From IMG/VR virus record IMGVR_UViG_3300042691_027609: DNA of 64,000 bases. The stretch is one strand, 5' to 3'. How positions within the stretch are numbered: position 1 is the stretch's first letter; each line of letters starts with the position of its first letter. The position numbers and the translations under genes were made by a program. Source of the DNA: a virus. Under the pieces are notes generated by a model that was not told the origin of the DNA, did not search any database, and was given only the letters and a program-made list of their open reading frames with translations. Below are positions 27,332 through 35,617 of this stretch, in pieces.

Positions 27332-29242
27332 ATGGCAGATCAACAACAACAAAAACAGAATAACTTATTTTCTACATTAAGAAGACTTTTTTCTACCGAC
27401 GTTATTATAAGAAATAATGGAGACGGTGCTCTTAAAGTAGTCGACGTAGATAGAATTCAAAACAATGGTGTTATTCAAACAAACGCTCTTGTAGATAGAT
27501 TTCATAAAATTTATACGACTTCTACCGCGTATGGAGTTAATCTTAACTTAGCACAAAACTACCAATCAGCCAGGATTCAAATTTATGCTGATTATGACGC
27601 TATGGATACAGATGCGATAGTATCTTCGGCTTTAGATATTATAGCTGACGAATGTACGCTTAAAAACGAACAGGGAGAAGTATTACAGATCAGATCTTCT
27701 GATGAAGCAATACAGAAAATACTTTACAACTTATTTTATTCTGTTCTAAATATAGAATTTACTCTTTGGTCATGGATTAGAAATATGTGTAAGTATGGAG
27801 ATTTCTATCTTAAGATGGAGATAGCCGATAAATATGGAGTGTACAATGTGATACCATTTTCTGCTTACAATATAATTAGACAAGAGGGATTCAACCCTAA
27901 CAATCCAAACGAAGTTAGATTCAAATACGATCCACTTGGAGCTCTAGGAACAACCTCAGGATTTAGCTCTGCTTACAACAACGAAGATCCAGGAATCTAT
28001 TTTGATAATTACGAAATGGCTCATTTTAGATTAACTGGAGATGTTAACTATTTACCGTACGGAAGATCTTATCTAGAACCAGGCAGAAAGTTATTTAAGC
28101 AGTACACTCTTATAGAAGATGCGATGCTGATCCATCGTATCACTCGTGCCCCAGAGAGAAGAACATTTTATGTGAATGTAGGAGCAATACCTCCAAACGA
28201 AGTAGAAAATTACATGCAGAGAATGATCAATAAGATGAAAAAAACTCCTCTTATAGATCCTAATACAGGTCAGTACAATCTAAAATACAACCAACAAAAT
28301 CTACTCGAAGATTTCTTTATCCCAGTCCGTGGCAACGATACTACAACAAAGATAGACACTGCAAAAGGTTTGGAATATAATGCTATTGAAGACGTACAGT
28401 ATTTTAGAGAGAAGCTTTTCGCAGCTCTAAAAATACCAAAAGCTTTCATGGGATACGAAAAGGATTTGACTGGTAAAGCCACATTAGCTGCAGAAGATAT
28501 TCGTTTTGCAAGAACAATAGAAAGAATACAGAGAATTATAGTTTCCGAATTAACTAAAGTTGCGCTAGTTCATTTATATGCTCATGGATATACAAACGAA
28601 TCAGCAGCTAATTTTACTCTCTCATTAACGAACCCTTCGATTATTTACGAACAAGAAAGAATCGCACTCTTCAAAGAAAAAGTTGCATTAGCGAAAGACG
28701 CTATGGAAGCAAACTTATTACCTAAAGATTTTATCTACGATAAGATATTCCAATTCTCTGAAGATCAATATGCTGAATTAGAAGATATGATCATTGAAGA
28801 TAAGAAAAAAGGGTTTAGAATAAAACAGATCGAAGAAGAAGGTAACGATCCAGCTGAAACAGGCCAAGTGTTTGGTACGCCTCATCAATTAGCTAGTTTG
28901 TACGGAGGAAAAGGGGATTCACCCGTGGACATTCCAACAGGCTATGATGAAACCGTAGAAAAAGGACCAGGAAGACCTAAAAAATACCAATCAAAAATTG
29001 GCACCGATGCGTCAGCTTTTGGAAGAGATCCTCTTGGTAAAAACGATATGAAATCAGCAACAGATCAAGGAGAAAATGATAAACTAAAGGTTCAATATAA
29101 AGGCGGACCTCTAGCTTACGAAGGCGCAATGGGAGAATATATAAAAAATAAACAAATGCTCGATCAGTTTGGAAGATCAACTAAAATGTACAATCAACCA
29201 AATCTTTTAAGTGAAGACAATATAAAAACTGATCTAGATTAA
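27332..29242 (+). CDS. gp20: Portal protein (T4 gp20-like)
   Basis: 'ALDIIADE', 'EDAMLIHRITRAPERRTFYVNVG', 'LEDFFIPVRG', 'DVQYFREKLFAALKIPK'. Confidence 0.93.
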   Translation: MADQQQQKQNNLFSTLRRLFSTDVIIRNNGDGALKVVDVDRIQNNGVIQTNALVDRFHKIYTTSTAYGVNLNLAQNYQSARIQIYADYDAMDTDAIVSSALDIIADECTLKNEQGEVLQIRSSDEAIQKILYNLFYSVLNIEFTLWSWIRNMCKYGDFYLKMEIADKYGVYNVIPFSAYNIIRQEGFNPNNPNEVRFKYDPLGALGTTSGFSSAYNNEDPGIYFDNYEMAHFRLTGDVNYLPYGRSYLEPGRKLFKQYTLIEDAMLIHRITRAPERRTFYVNVGAIPPNEVENYMQRMINKMKKTPLIDPNTGQYNLKYNQQNLLEDFFIPVRGNDTTTKIDTAKGLEYNAIEDVQYFREKLFAALKIPKAFMGYEKDLTGKATLAAEDIRFARTIERIQRIIVSELTKVALVHLYAHGYTNESAANFTLSLTNPSIIYEQERIALFKEKVALAKDAMEANLLPKDFIYDKIFQFSEDQYAELEDMIIEDKKKGFRIKQIEEEGNDPAETGQVFGTPHQLASLYGGKGDSPVDIPTGYDETVEKGPGRPKKYQSKIGTDASAFGRDPLGKNDMKSATDQGENDKLKVQYKGGPLAYEGAMGEYIKNKQMLDQFGRSTKMYNQPNLLSEDNIKTDLD

Positions 29243-29250
29243 ATAACACT

Positions 29251-29259
29251 ATATTTATA
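29251..29259 (+). promoter_or_regulatory. ATATTTATA putative late promoter
   Basis: Intergenic after portal. Confidence 0.65.
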
Positions 29260-29278
29260 AATAGTATAAAATCTATTC

Positions 29279-30136
29279 ATGGCAGTCAAACATTCTAAAT
29301 ACAGAAATACGGGAGTTCTATTTGAGCTCTTAGTAAGACAAACTACATCAGACTTATTAAATAACAAAGACTCAAAAGCCGTAAAAATACTAAAAAAGTA
29401 TTTTAATAACACTGAATTGGGTAGAGAGTATGGTTTATATAACACTCTTGCAACGAGTAAAAAACTTAGCGAAGCTAAAGCTGAAATACTAATATCTACG
29501 TTAATAGAGCAGTTTAGAAAACTAGATATCGAAAAGATAAATAAGTTAAAATATAATTTAATAAAAGAAATTAAATTAAATTACGATATAGAAGATTTCT
29601 TTAAAGCCAAAATAGATAATTACAAAAATTACGCTTGTTTATATACTATATTTGAATCTCAGTATCATAAATTTATCGATACAAAACAAGTGTTACTCAA
29701 TAAAATAAATTTGTTAGAGTCGCTTAGCGATCAAAGCATAGTAGACAAAAAAGCTCCTCAATCTATAATGGAAGATTTCATGAGAGAGGACAAAGAAGTT
29801 AGATTGTTAGCATACAAAATTCTTGTTGATAAATTCAACGAGAGATACGAAACTCTTAGCGAAACACAAAAAACGATACTGAATAAATACGTTAGTAGCA
29901 TATCAGATACTAAGTCATTGGTGTCTTATCTAAACGAAAAAATCGAAGACGTAAAAACCAAATTAACTAAACTATCAAAATCTACCACTGATAAAGTGAT
30001 GAGAATAAAGTTACAAGAGGTAGTAAAGTTAATAAAGCCGTTGGAAGAAAACAAATCAATAAAAGACGAATCTGTTATTGGCATATTGCAATGTTACGAT
30101 TTAATAGATGAAATCAATGAACAAAAAGATAAATAA
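29279..30136 (+). CDS. Helical head-assembly-region protein
   Basis: 285-aa ORF between portal and protease with its own promoter motif. Confidence 0.7.
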   Translation: MAVKHSKYRNTGVLFELLVRQTTSDLLNNKDSKAVKILKKYFNNTELGREYGLYNTLATSKKLSEAKAEILISTLIEQFRKLDIEKINKLKYNLIKEIKLNYDIEDFFKAKIDNYKNYACLYTIFESQYHKFIDTKQVLLNKINLLESLSDQSIVDKKAPQSIMEDFMREDKEVRLLAYKILVDKFNERYETLSETQKTILNKYVSSISDTKSLVSYLNEKIEDVKTKLTKLSKSTTDKVMRIKLQEVVKLIKPLEENKSIKDESVIGILQCYDLIDEINEQKDK

Positions 30137-31697
30137 AGAGTTCGATATGCACTCAGCAAATCGTAATCTGAGAGCACCCGAAATAACTTTTTCTATAACA
30201 AATCCAAGATTGGACGACATATTTAATATGGAATTTGGTCCGACAGATTATATAGAAAAAGAAGGCGATATATACTATACGTTAACTCCAAATGAATTTG
30301 ATAGGTTCTTAGATTTTGCAATGTCTTCCGGATTTGATGTAGATAGATATGTAAACCAAATAGAAGATTTATCAGAAGAAGGATCAGTTACCGGTGGAGA
30401 AGCTTTTTTGCCATCATTACACGCTAAAAAGAAAAGCACTGTAAAAGAGGGGGAATATCCGTACAGAATAGAAGTCGCAGTAAGCGACGCTCATAAAGCT
30501 TTAGATATAGTTCGATCTGATAGAATGTTTAGTAATAATGTTAGAATATACTCTTCAAATTTTTTCTTATCAGATGATCCAAGCATTATTTCTGAATTGT
30601 TTGATGAATTTGAAAAACAAGGCGTTCAAATGATATCGTATGAAGTGCCTAGTGAAGCATCAGATTTTTACGAAAGCATACTATCAGGATATAAAGAAGT
30701 ACCAGGATTCAGACCTGGTCACACTCCAGACAAAGGCGGGTTTCAGTATAAAGATCTTTGGGGTATGAATGAATCTTATACTCCATCAAAAACCAATGCA
30801 GAAGAATTAGCTCGCGTAGAAGCATTATTATCTCAAGCTCATGTAGATAAAGCATACTCAGTAATGAGTTCTTATGAATTTAGAATTAAAATGCTTAGAT
30901 TACTAGTCGGACTAGAGAAAAAATATGGTATTGCACTACCATTTTTAAAATTTGGTTTGATGGTAGGTGATTATCTTGCTAAATATTTTCCAGGATTCAA
31001 AGGGAAATTTGGTCCATACGCTCAAAATTGGAAATCAGTAAAAGATCATATTGAACAGAATATTCAACAACAAAGTATGAATGAGGACGCATGTTGGTCA
31101 GGATACCAAATGGTTGGTATGAAAGACAAAGGCGGAAGACAAGTTCCCAATTGCGTGCCTGTTAACGAAGAAGAATTAGAAGAGGCGTATATTCCTTCAA
31201 ATATTGAAGAATTCGCTAAAAGAAAAGGTATAATGCCTATAGTTAAACAAGTCTCACGTTGGGCAGAAAAAGCGGGCAAACGTATTGTTGGTGGAACAGC
31301 GATTGGTAAAAATTATAGTACGTTAATCTTAGACTTAACTTACCAAGGCGGAGAAATAAGAATCAACACCGACACAGATGAGATAGAAGTTAAAGGCGAG
31401 GAAGTTTATGACTATAACAGTTTTGTTACTGCGTTAGGTACGTTAAATGAAAACTACGCTCGTTTTAGAAACGAAACCAAAACAAGATCAGGTTCAGAAC
31501 AGTATCATCAAGCTGTGAAGTTAGTGAAGAAAAAAGTACAAGAAATTTCTAAGCTACATAGTTACATGGAGAGAATGCAACAAGAGCTCAGCGAAACTCA
31601 AGACGGACTTAAAAAGAAAAAATACACACAAATGGCTATTGACAAAATCAAAGCTGAAGTAAAAGAACTAAATAATAAAATCAAAAAACTAAAATAA
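30108..31697 (+). CDS. Mosaic multi-module protein (candidate head-internal polyprotein)
   Basis: Unrelated-looking segments separated by LSE/VKE/FYE/MNE/MNE/VNE/LEE/LNE; includes 'CWSGYQMVGMKDKGGRQVPNCVP'; exact start uncertain. Confidence 0.75.
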   Translation: MKSMNKKINKEFDMHSANRNLRAPEITFSITNPRLDDIFNMEFGPTDYIEKEGDIYYTLTPNEFDRFLDFAMSSGFDVDRYVNQIEDLSEEGSVTGGEAFLPSLHAKKKSTVKEGEYPYRIEVAVSDAHKALDIVRSDRMFSNNVRIYSSNFFLSDDPSIISELFDEFEKQGVQMISYEVPSEASDFYESILSGYKEVPGFRPGHTPDKGGFQYKDLWGMNESYTPSKTNAEELARVEALLSQAHVDKAYSVMSSYEFRIKMLRLLVGLEKKYGIALPFLKFGLMVGDYLAKYFPGFKGKFGPYAQNWKSVKDHIEQNIQQQSMNEDACWSGYQMVGMKDKGGRQVPNCVPVNEEELEEAYIPSNIEEFAKRKGIMPIVKQVSRWAEKAGKRIVGGTAIGKNYSTLILDLTYQGGEIRINTDTDEIEVKGEEVYDYNSFVTALGTLNENYARFRNETKTRSGSEQYHQAVKLVKKKVQEISKLHSYMERMQQELSETQDGLKKKKYTQMAIDKIKAEVKELNNKIKKLK

Positions 31698-32098
31698 TGG
31701 ACAATTTTAACATCAAACAGTATTTGTTTGAAAACAATTTAGGACCATTTACCAAACCAGATGGTATTAGCGCTGATCAAGTCATTGATGTCGATGCGAC
31801 TTTAAGAACTATTCAGTCTGCAGTAAGATCTGGAGCGGTAGTAATGGTTGGAGACAAGAAAATTTTTAAGATGCCATTCATAAATTTGGCAACCTTTGAA
31901 GGCGGTGGCAAAGTACAGTTTCCAAGACAAGCTGAGCCTTTAGAAGATATGTTAGCAACTGAAATAACGATTGACGGAAAAACGATCAGTCCAATATATA
32001 AAGATGCTCCACCTCCACCAACAAAACAAGTAGTAAAACCATTCGATACATCAATGTACTCCGATCCAGATTCTATGTACTATAGAGGAGGAGATTAA
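31697..32098 (+). CDS. Hypothetical protein with MDNFNIKQYLFEN leader
   Basis: 133 aa ORF, coupled; leader resembles that of 24551. Confidence 0.7.
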   Translation: MDNFNIKQYLFENNLGPFTKPDGISADQVIDVDATLRTIQSAVRSGAVVMVGDKKIFKMPFINLATFEGGGKVQFPRQAEPLEDMLATEITIDGKTISPIYKDAPPPPTKQVVKPFDTSMYSDPDSMYYRGGD

Positions 32099-32109
32099 AA
32101 AAAATAACA

Positions 32110-32238
32110 ATGGCAAAAGCAAAAGGCTCGACAATAAGCAACAAAATAACTTTCGGTAAGCGTAAAAAAGGTAAAGCTCAAAAAAGTTTTAATAAAAACG
32201 ATCGCAGAGAAAGAAACTATCAAGGACAAGGAAGATAA
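32110..32238 (+). CDS. 42-aa highly basic microprotein ending in YQGQGR
   Basis: Hand translation MAKAKGSTISNKITFGKRKKGKAQKSFNKNDRRERNYQGQGR*; fills the gap with an A-rich leader; below the ORF-track cutoff. Confidence 0.75.
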   Translation: MAKAKGSTISNKITFGKRKKGKAQKSFNKNDRRERNYQGQGR

Positions 32239-32239
32239 C

Positions 32240-32248
32240 ATATTTATT
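32240..32248 (+). promoter_or_regulatory. ATATTTATT putative late promoter
   Basis: 3 nt before ATG 32252. Confidence 0.65.
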
Positions 32249-32251
32249 ATT

Positions 32252-33754
32252 ATGAAAACAATAAGCAAACAATACCAAGACCTATTAGAGGGTAAAATGA
32301 GTAGAGGCAACTTCGTTAGAAACTGCCGTCAACAATTTCCTCAATACATCTCTCCAGTTACGTCCATAGATGATGCTATCAAGATTCTTAAAAGCAAGAG
32401 AATCATAGCAGAATCAATCTCAGAAAACGCGGATTATAAAGATCCATACGTGAAAGGATATATAGATAACGAAAATGGTCGTTCTCTTGATGATTGCCCG
32501 TATGACGAGCGTAGGGCTGCCACATTATGGAAAAATGGTTGGATGGACGCAGAAACTGAAAAACAAATGGATCACGATGAAGAGACGTATAGAAGAGAGA
32601 CAGGTGGATACGGAGATCTATATAAAGAATCGTTGAATGAAGCTGAAGAAAAACCATCGGGTAATTGGGAAAAATCAACCGGTAAAGATCAATATGGTCG
32701 TTTCAAAGATGTAGACAATGTAAATTATACTACATTTTTAAGAGCCGTTGCTTACGAAGTCGGAAAAACTCCTGATATTAGTGATGATATGATGCCTGCT
32801 CTTCTTGAAAAGATAGCTAAGAAAATGAGAAAGGATCCCAATGCATATAGAGAATTGGTGATTGCTAATTATGCTGAAATTGCAAAACAAGACGAATCAT
32901 TGAAGATGGTACCCGTAAAAGGTAAAAATCAAAATGACGAGAACAATATGATGGAAAAAATTAAAGGTCAAGAAACGCCAAAAGCGACTCCATCAAAGAC
33001 AGAAAATAAAAAAGGCAAGCCAGAAGGCGTAAAAGAAATGGGAATCACTCCAAAAAAAGCTAAAGGTATCACAGCAGTAATGGATATGCCGGGTAAAGAA
33101 AAAGTATTAGACTCACTTAAAGAATCATTAAAGAAGAGCTTAAAAGAAGATACTCATTACAAATATAATCGAGGATCCAAAGCAGTAACTCCTGAGGGAG
33201 AAGGAACAGTAGTTGAAGTAATGGGAGGAACAGTTACTGTTGAATTCAAAGACGGTAGACAAAAAGATTACCAAGTAAATACGCTTGATCACTTTGAGAA
33301 AAAAGCTACTGAATCCTTCAGACCTGGTGTAGATCTTGGTGCATCGTTTGAAAAATTCAAATCGTCAATGGCTGATGAATCTAAGTTTGAAGATTTGATT
33401 AAGCAATACGATTGGTATGCTGAAATGAGTGATGACTCTAGAAAGTGGGACGCTCAACAAGAAATGGAAAGAGAACTTAAGAGATTAGCAAAAACAATAG
33501 GAAGCGATATGGCAGCTTCAATTTGGAATCAATATGCACCTAAAAATAGAAAAGTGCAAGCTTCTTATTTTGATATGAGAGAGGGTAAAAAAGACAAATT
33601 CTCTAAACTTAAAGAATTTTTGAAAAAAGCTATTAAAGAGAAAAAAGCCGTTATAGTACCAAAAGGCTCCAATGATCAACAAAAATTAGCTGCATTAGCA
33701 AAAGCGGGTATTAACACTAATCCCGGATCTTCTGCAGAAATAATAGAAAAATAA
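32252..33754 (+). CDS. Mosaic multi-module protein (candidate head-internal polyprotein)
   Basis: Modules bounded by LLE/IAE/ISE/YKE/LNE/LKE/LKE/MRE/IKE; includes an Rmf-like 'Y.KGY...CPY...W.NGW' module and an SH3-like 'TPEGEGTVVEV..TVTVEF' module. Confidence 0.75.
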   Translation: MKTISKQYQDLLEGKMSRGNFVRNCRQQFPQYISPVTSIDDAIKILKSKRIIAESISENADYKDPYVKGYIDNENGRSLDDCPYDERRAATLWKNGWMDAETEKQMDHDEETYRRETGGYGDLYKESLNEAEEKPSGNWEKSTGKDQYGRFKDVDNVNYTTFLRAVAYEVGKTPDISDDMMPALLEKIAKKMRKDPNAYRELVIANYAEIAKQDESLKMVPVKGKNQNDENNMMEKIKGQETPKATPSKTENKKGKPEGVKEMGITPKKAKGITAVMDMPGKEKVLDSLKESLKKSLKEDTHYKYNRGSKAVTPEGEGTVVEVMGGTVTVEFKDGRQKDYQVNTLDHFEKKATESFRPGVDLGASFEKFKSSMADESKFEDLIKQYDWYAEMSDDSRKWDAQQEMERELKRLAKTIGSDMAASIWNQYAPKNRKVQASYFDMREGKKDKFSKLKEFLKKAIKEKKAVIVPKGSNDQQKLAALAKAGINTNPGSSAEIIEK

Positions 33755-33757
33755 TAA

Positions 33758-34396
33758 ATGGATAAACAACTTCTAATAGAGCATAGCCTATTTACTCCGA
33801 CAAAAAAAGCACTTTCAGAAGGCACAAGAAACGGAGTCGGCAACATGATAGTATCAGGTTTGGTACAAGCATGTGATAAACCCAATGCTAATAAAAGAAT
33901 ATATCCTTATGATACTTTAAAGAGGCAGGTTGATTCGTATATGAAAGGACCTATTTCAGAAAATAGAGCATTAGGAGAATTAGATCATCCCGAATCCTCA
34001 GTTATAAACCTTAAAAATGTTTCGCACAATATAATTAAATTGTGGTGGGACGGAAAAAACCTTTTCGGAGACATAGAAATATTGCCAACCCCATCAGGAA
34101 ACATTCTTAAACAACTGTTTGCAAATAATATAACTGTAGGAATATCGTCAAGAGCGATGGGATCAGTTAGTCCAATCGGCGAAGGTTTGGTACAAGTAGA
34201 AGATGACTTAGAGTTAATTTGTTGGGATTTCGTATCTACGCCTTCCACATACGGTGCATACGTAAGACCAATAGGAGGTAATTCAGGACTTCAAGAATCT
34301 TACAATTACGCAACCCAAATAAATAAATACAACAGAGCCAATAGATTGGTATCAGACATAATCTGTACTATGGGCGGATATTGTTGCGTAAATTAA
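33758..34396 (+). CDS. gp21: Prohead core protease (T4 gp21-like)
   Basis: 'NANKRIYP', 'ALGELDHP', 'VSHNI', 'VGISSRAMGS', 'WDFVSTPS'. Confidence 0.93.
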   Translation: MDKQLLIEHSLFTPTKKALSEGTRNGVGNMIVSGLVQACDKPNANKRIYPYDTLKRQVDSYMKGPISENRALGELDHPESSVINLKNVSHNIIKLWWDGKNLFGDIEILPTPSGNILKQLFANNITVGISSRAMGSVSPIGEGLVQVEDDLELICWDFVSTPSTYGAYVRPIGGNSGLQESYNYATQINKYNRANRLVSDIICTMGGYCCVN

Positions 34397-34435
34397 AAAA
34401 TTTTTTACGTATTTTTAGTTTTACGTAAATTTCGT

Positions 34436-34444
34436 ATATTTATT
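34436..34444 (+). promoter_or_regulatory. ATATTTATT putative late promoter (scaffold-MCP)
   Basis: Intergenic, ~93 nt before the scaffold ATG. Confidence 0.7.
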
Positions 34445-34537
34445 GATACGATGCGTTGATATCTATTGCAACGCTAGATATACAAAAAACTATATTGCTT
34501 TCCCCTACAATAAGCAATTAAAATCCACAAAAACAAG

Positions 34538-35593
34538 ATGGAAGACATTTACAAGCAAGCGCTTTTAGACGCTAAAGCAGTACGTGCTAGTGCTATGGCA
34601 AACGCTAAAGCAAGTCTTCAAGAAGCTTTTGAACCAAAAATTCAAGAGATGATTCGTCTTAAACTTTCTGAAGAACTCGACGAAGAGTTAGATGAAGAAA
34701 AAAACATGGAAGAAGCTGATAACATGGAAGAAGCCGACAAAATGGAAGAAGGCGATAACATGGAAGAAGGCAACATGGAAGAAGGCGATATGGACGAAGC
34801 TTCATTAGAAGAAATCTTAGCTGAGCTCGATGAACTAGCAAAACAAGAAGAGGGTTACCAAGAAGAGGGTGACAACATGGAAGAAGGCGATAACATGGAA
34901 GAAGCTGAAGACGAAGACGAATCTGAAGACGAAGAGTCAGAAGAAGAATCAGAAGAAGAGGCAGAAACCGAAGAAGTTGATGACGATACAAAAATTATCG
35001 ATATCACTTTAGGAGATCTTAAAGCCGTACTCCAATCAATTCAAGGTGGCGGAGACATGGAAATGGGCTCCGAGGAAGGATCTGAAGAAACCGCATCTGA
35101 AGAAGGATCTGACGAAGACGTAACTTTGGGTGAAGTTGACTTAGACGAAATCCTAAATAGCCTCCAAGAAGAGAAAGACAAAGAAAAAGAAGACGCGAAG
35201 AAAGAAGGTAAGAAAATGGAAGAGAAGAAAAAGATGGAAGAAGTTAGAACCAATCTTAATAAAGCTAATAAGACTATCGAAGTTTTAAGAGCTGAATTAA
35301 ATGAGGTGAATCTTCTAAACGCTAAACTTCTTTACATGAATAAAATTTTCAAAGCCAAGAATCTTAGCGAATCTCAAAAAGTAAGTGTGGTTTCTGCTCT
35401 TGATAGAGCGTCAAACGTGAAAGAGGCCAAAAACATTTACGAAACACTAAAAGAGAATATTCAACCGAAAAAATCTCAATTAGTAGAATCAAAAGGCTTC
35501 GCCTCAAAACCAGCAGGCGTAGCTCCTAAAAAGCCTATTATGGAATCCGATGCATTCGTTTCCAGATGGCAAAAAATAGCTGGTATCAAATAA
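34538..35593 (+). CDS. Prohead scaffolding protein (gp22-like)
   Basis: Very acidic coiled coil between protease and MCP; C-terminal 'RWQKIAGI'. Confidence 0.85.
   Translation: MEDIYKQALLDAKAVRASAMANAKASLQEAFEPKIQEMIRLKLSEELDEELDEEKNMEEADNMEEADKMEEGDNMEEGNMEEGDMDEASLEEILAELDELAKQEEGYQEEGDNMEEGDNMEEAEDEDESEDEESEEESEEEAETEEVDDDTKIIDITLGDLKAVLQSIQGGGDMEMGSEEGSEETASEEGSDEDVTLGEVDLDEILNSLQEEKDKEKEDAKKEGKKMEEKKKMEEVRTNLNKANKTIEVLRAELNEVNLLNAKLLYMNKIFKAKNLSESQKVSVVSALDRASNVKEAKNIYETLKENIQPKKSQLVESKGFASKPAGVAPKKPIMESDAFVSRWQKIAGIK
34703..34905 (+). repeat. Imperfect 15-18 bp tandem repeats (AACATGGAAGAAG..) encoding NMEE(A/G)D
   Basis: Five to six copies at 34703-34798 and two more at ~34873-34905. 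Confidence 0.85.
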
Positions 35594-35617
35594 TTCAAAA
35601 TAAAAAACATTTAAAAA

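Noticed and set aside
25724-29242. Introns or inteins in terminase, portal or primase
   Set aside because: Lengths are ordinary, motifs are contiguous, and no intein termini or homing endonuclease motifs were seen.
34703-34905. CRISPR-like repeat array
   Set aside because: The repeats are contiguous, in-frame coding units without unique spacers.
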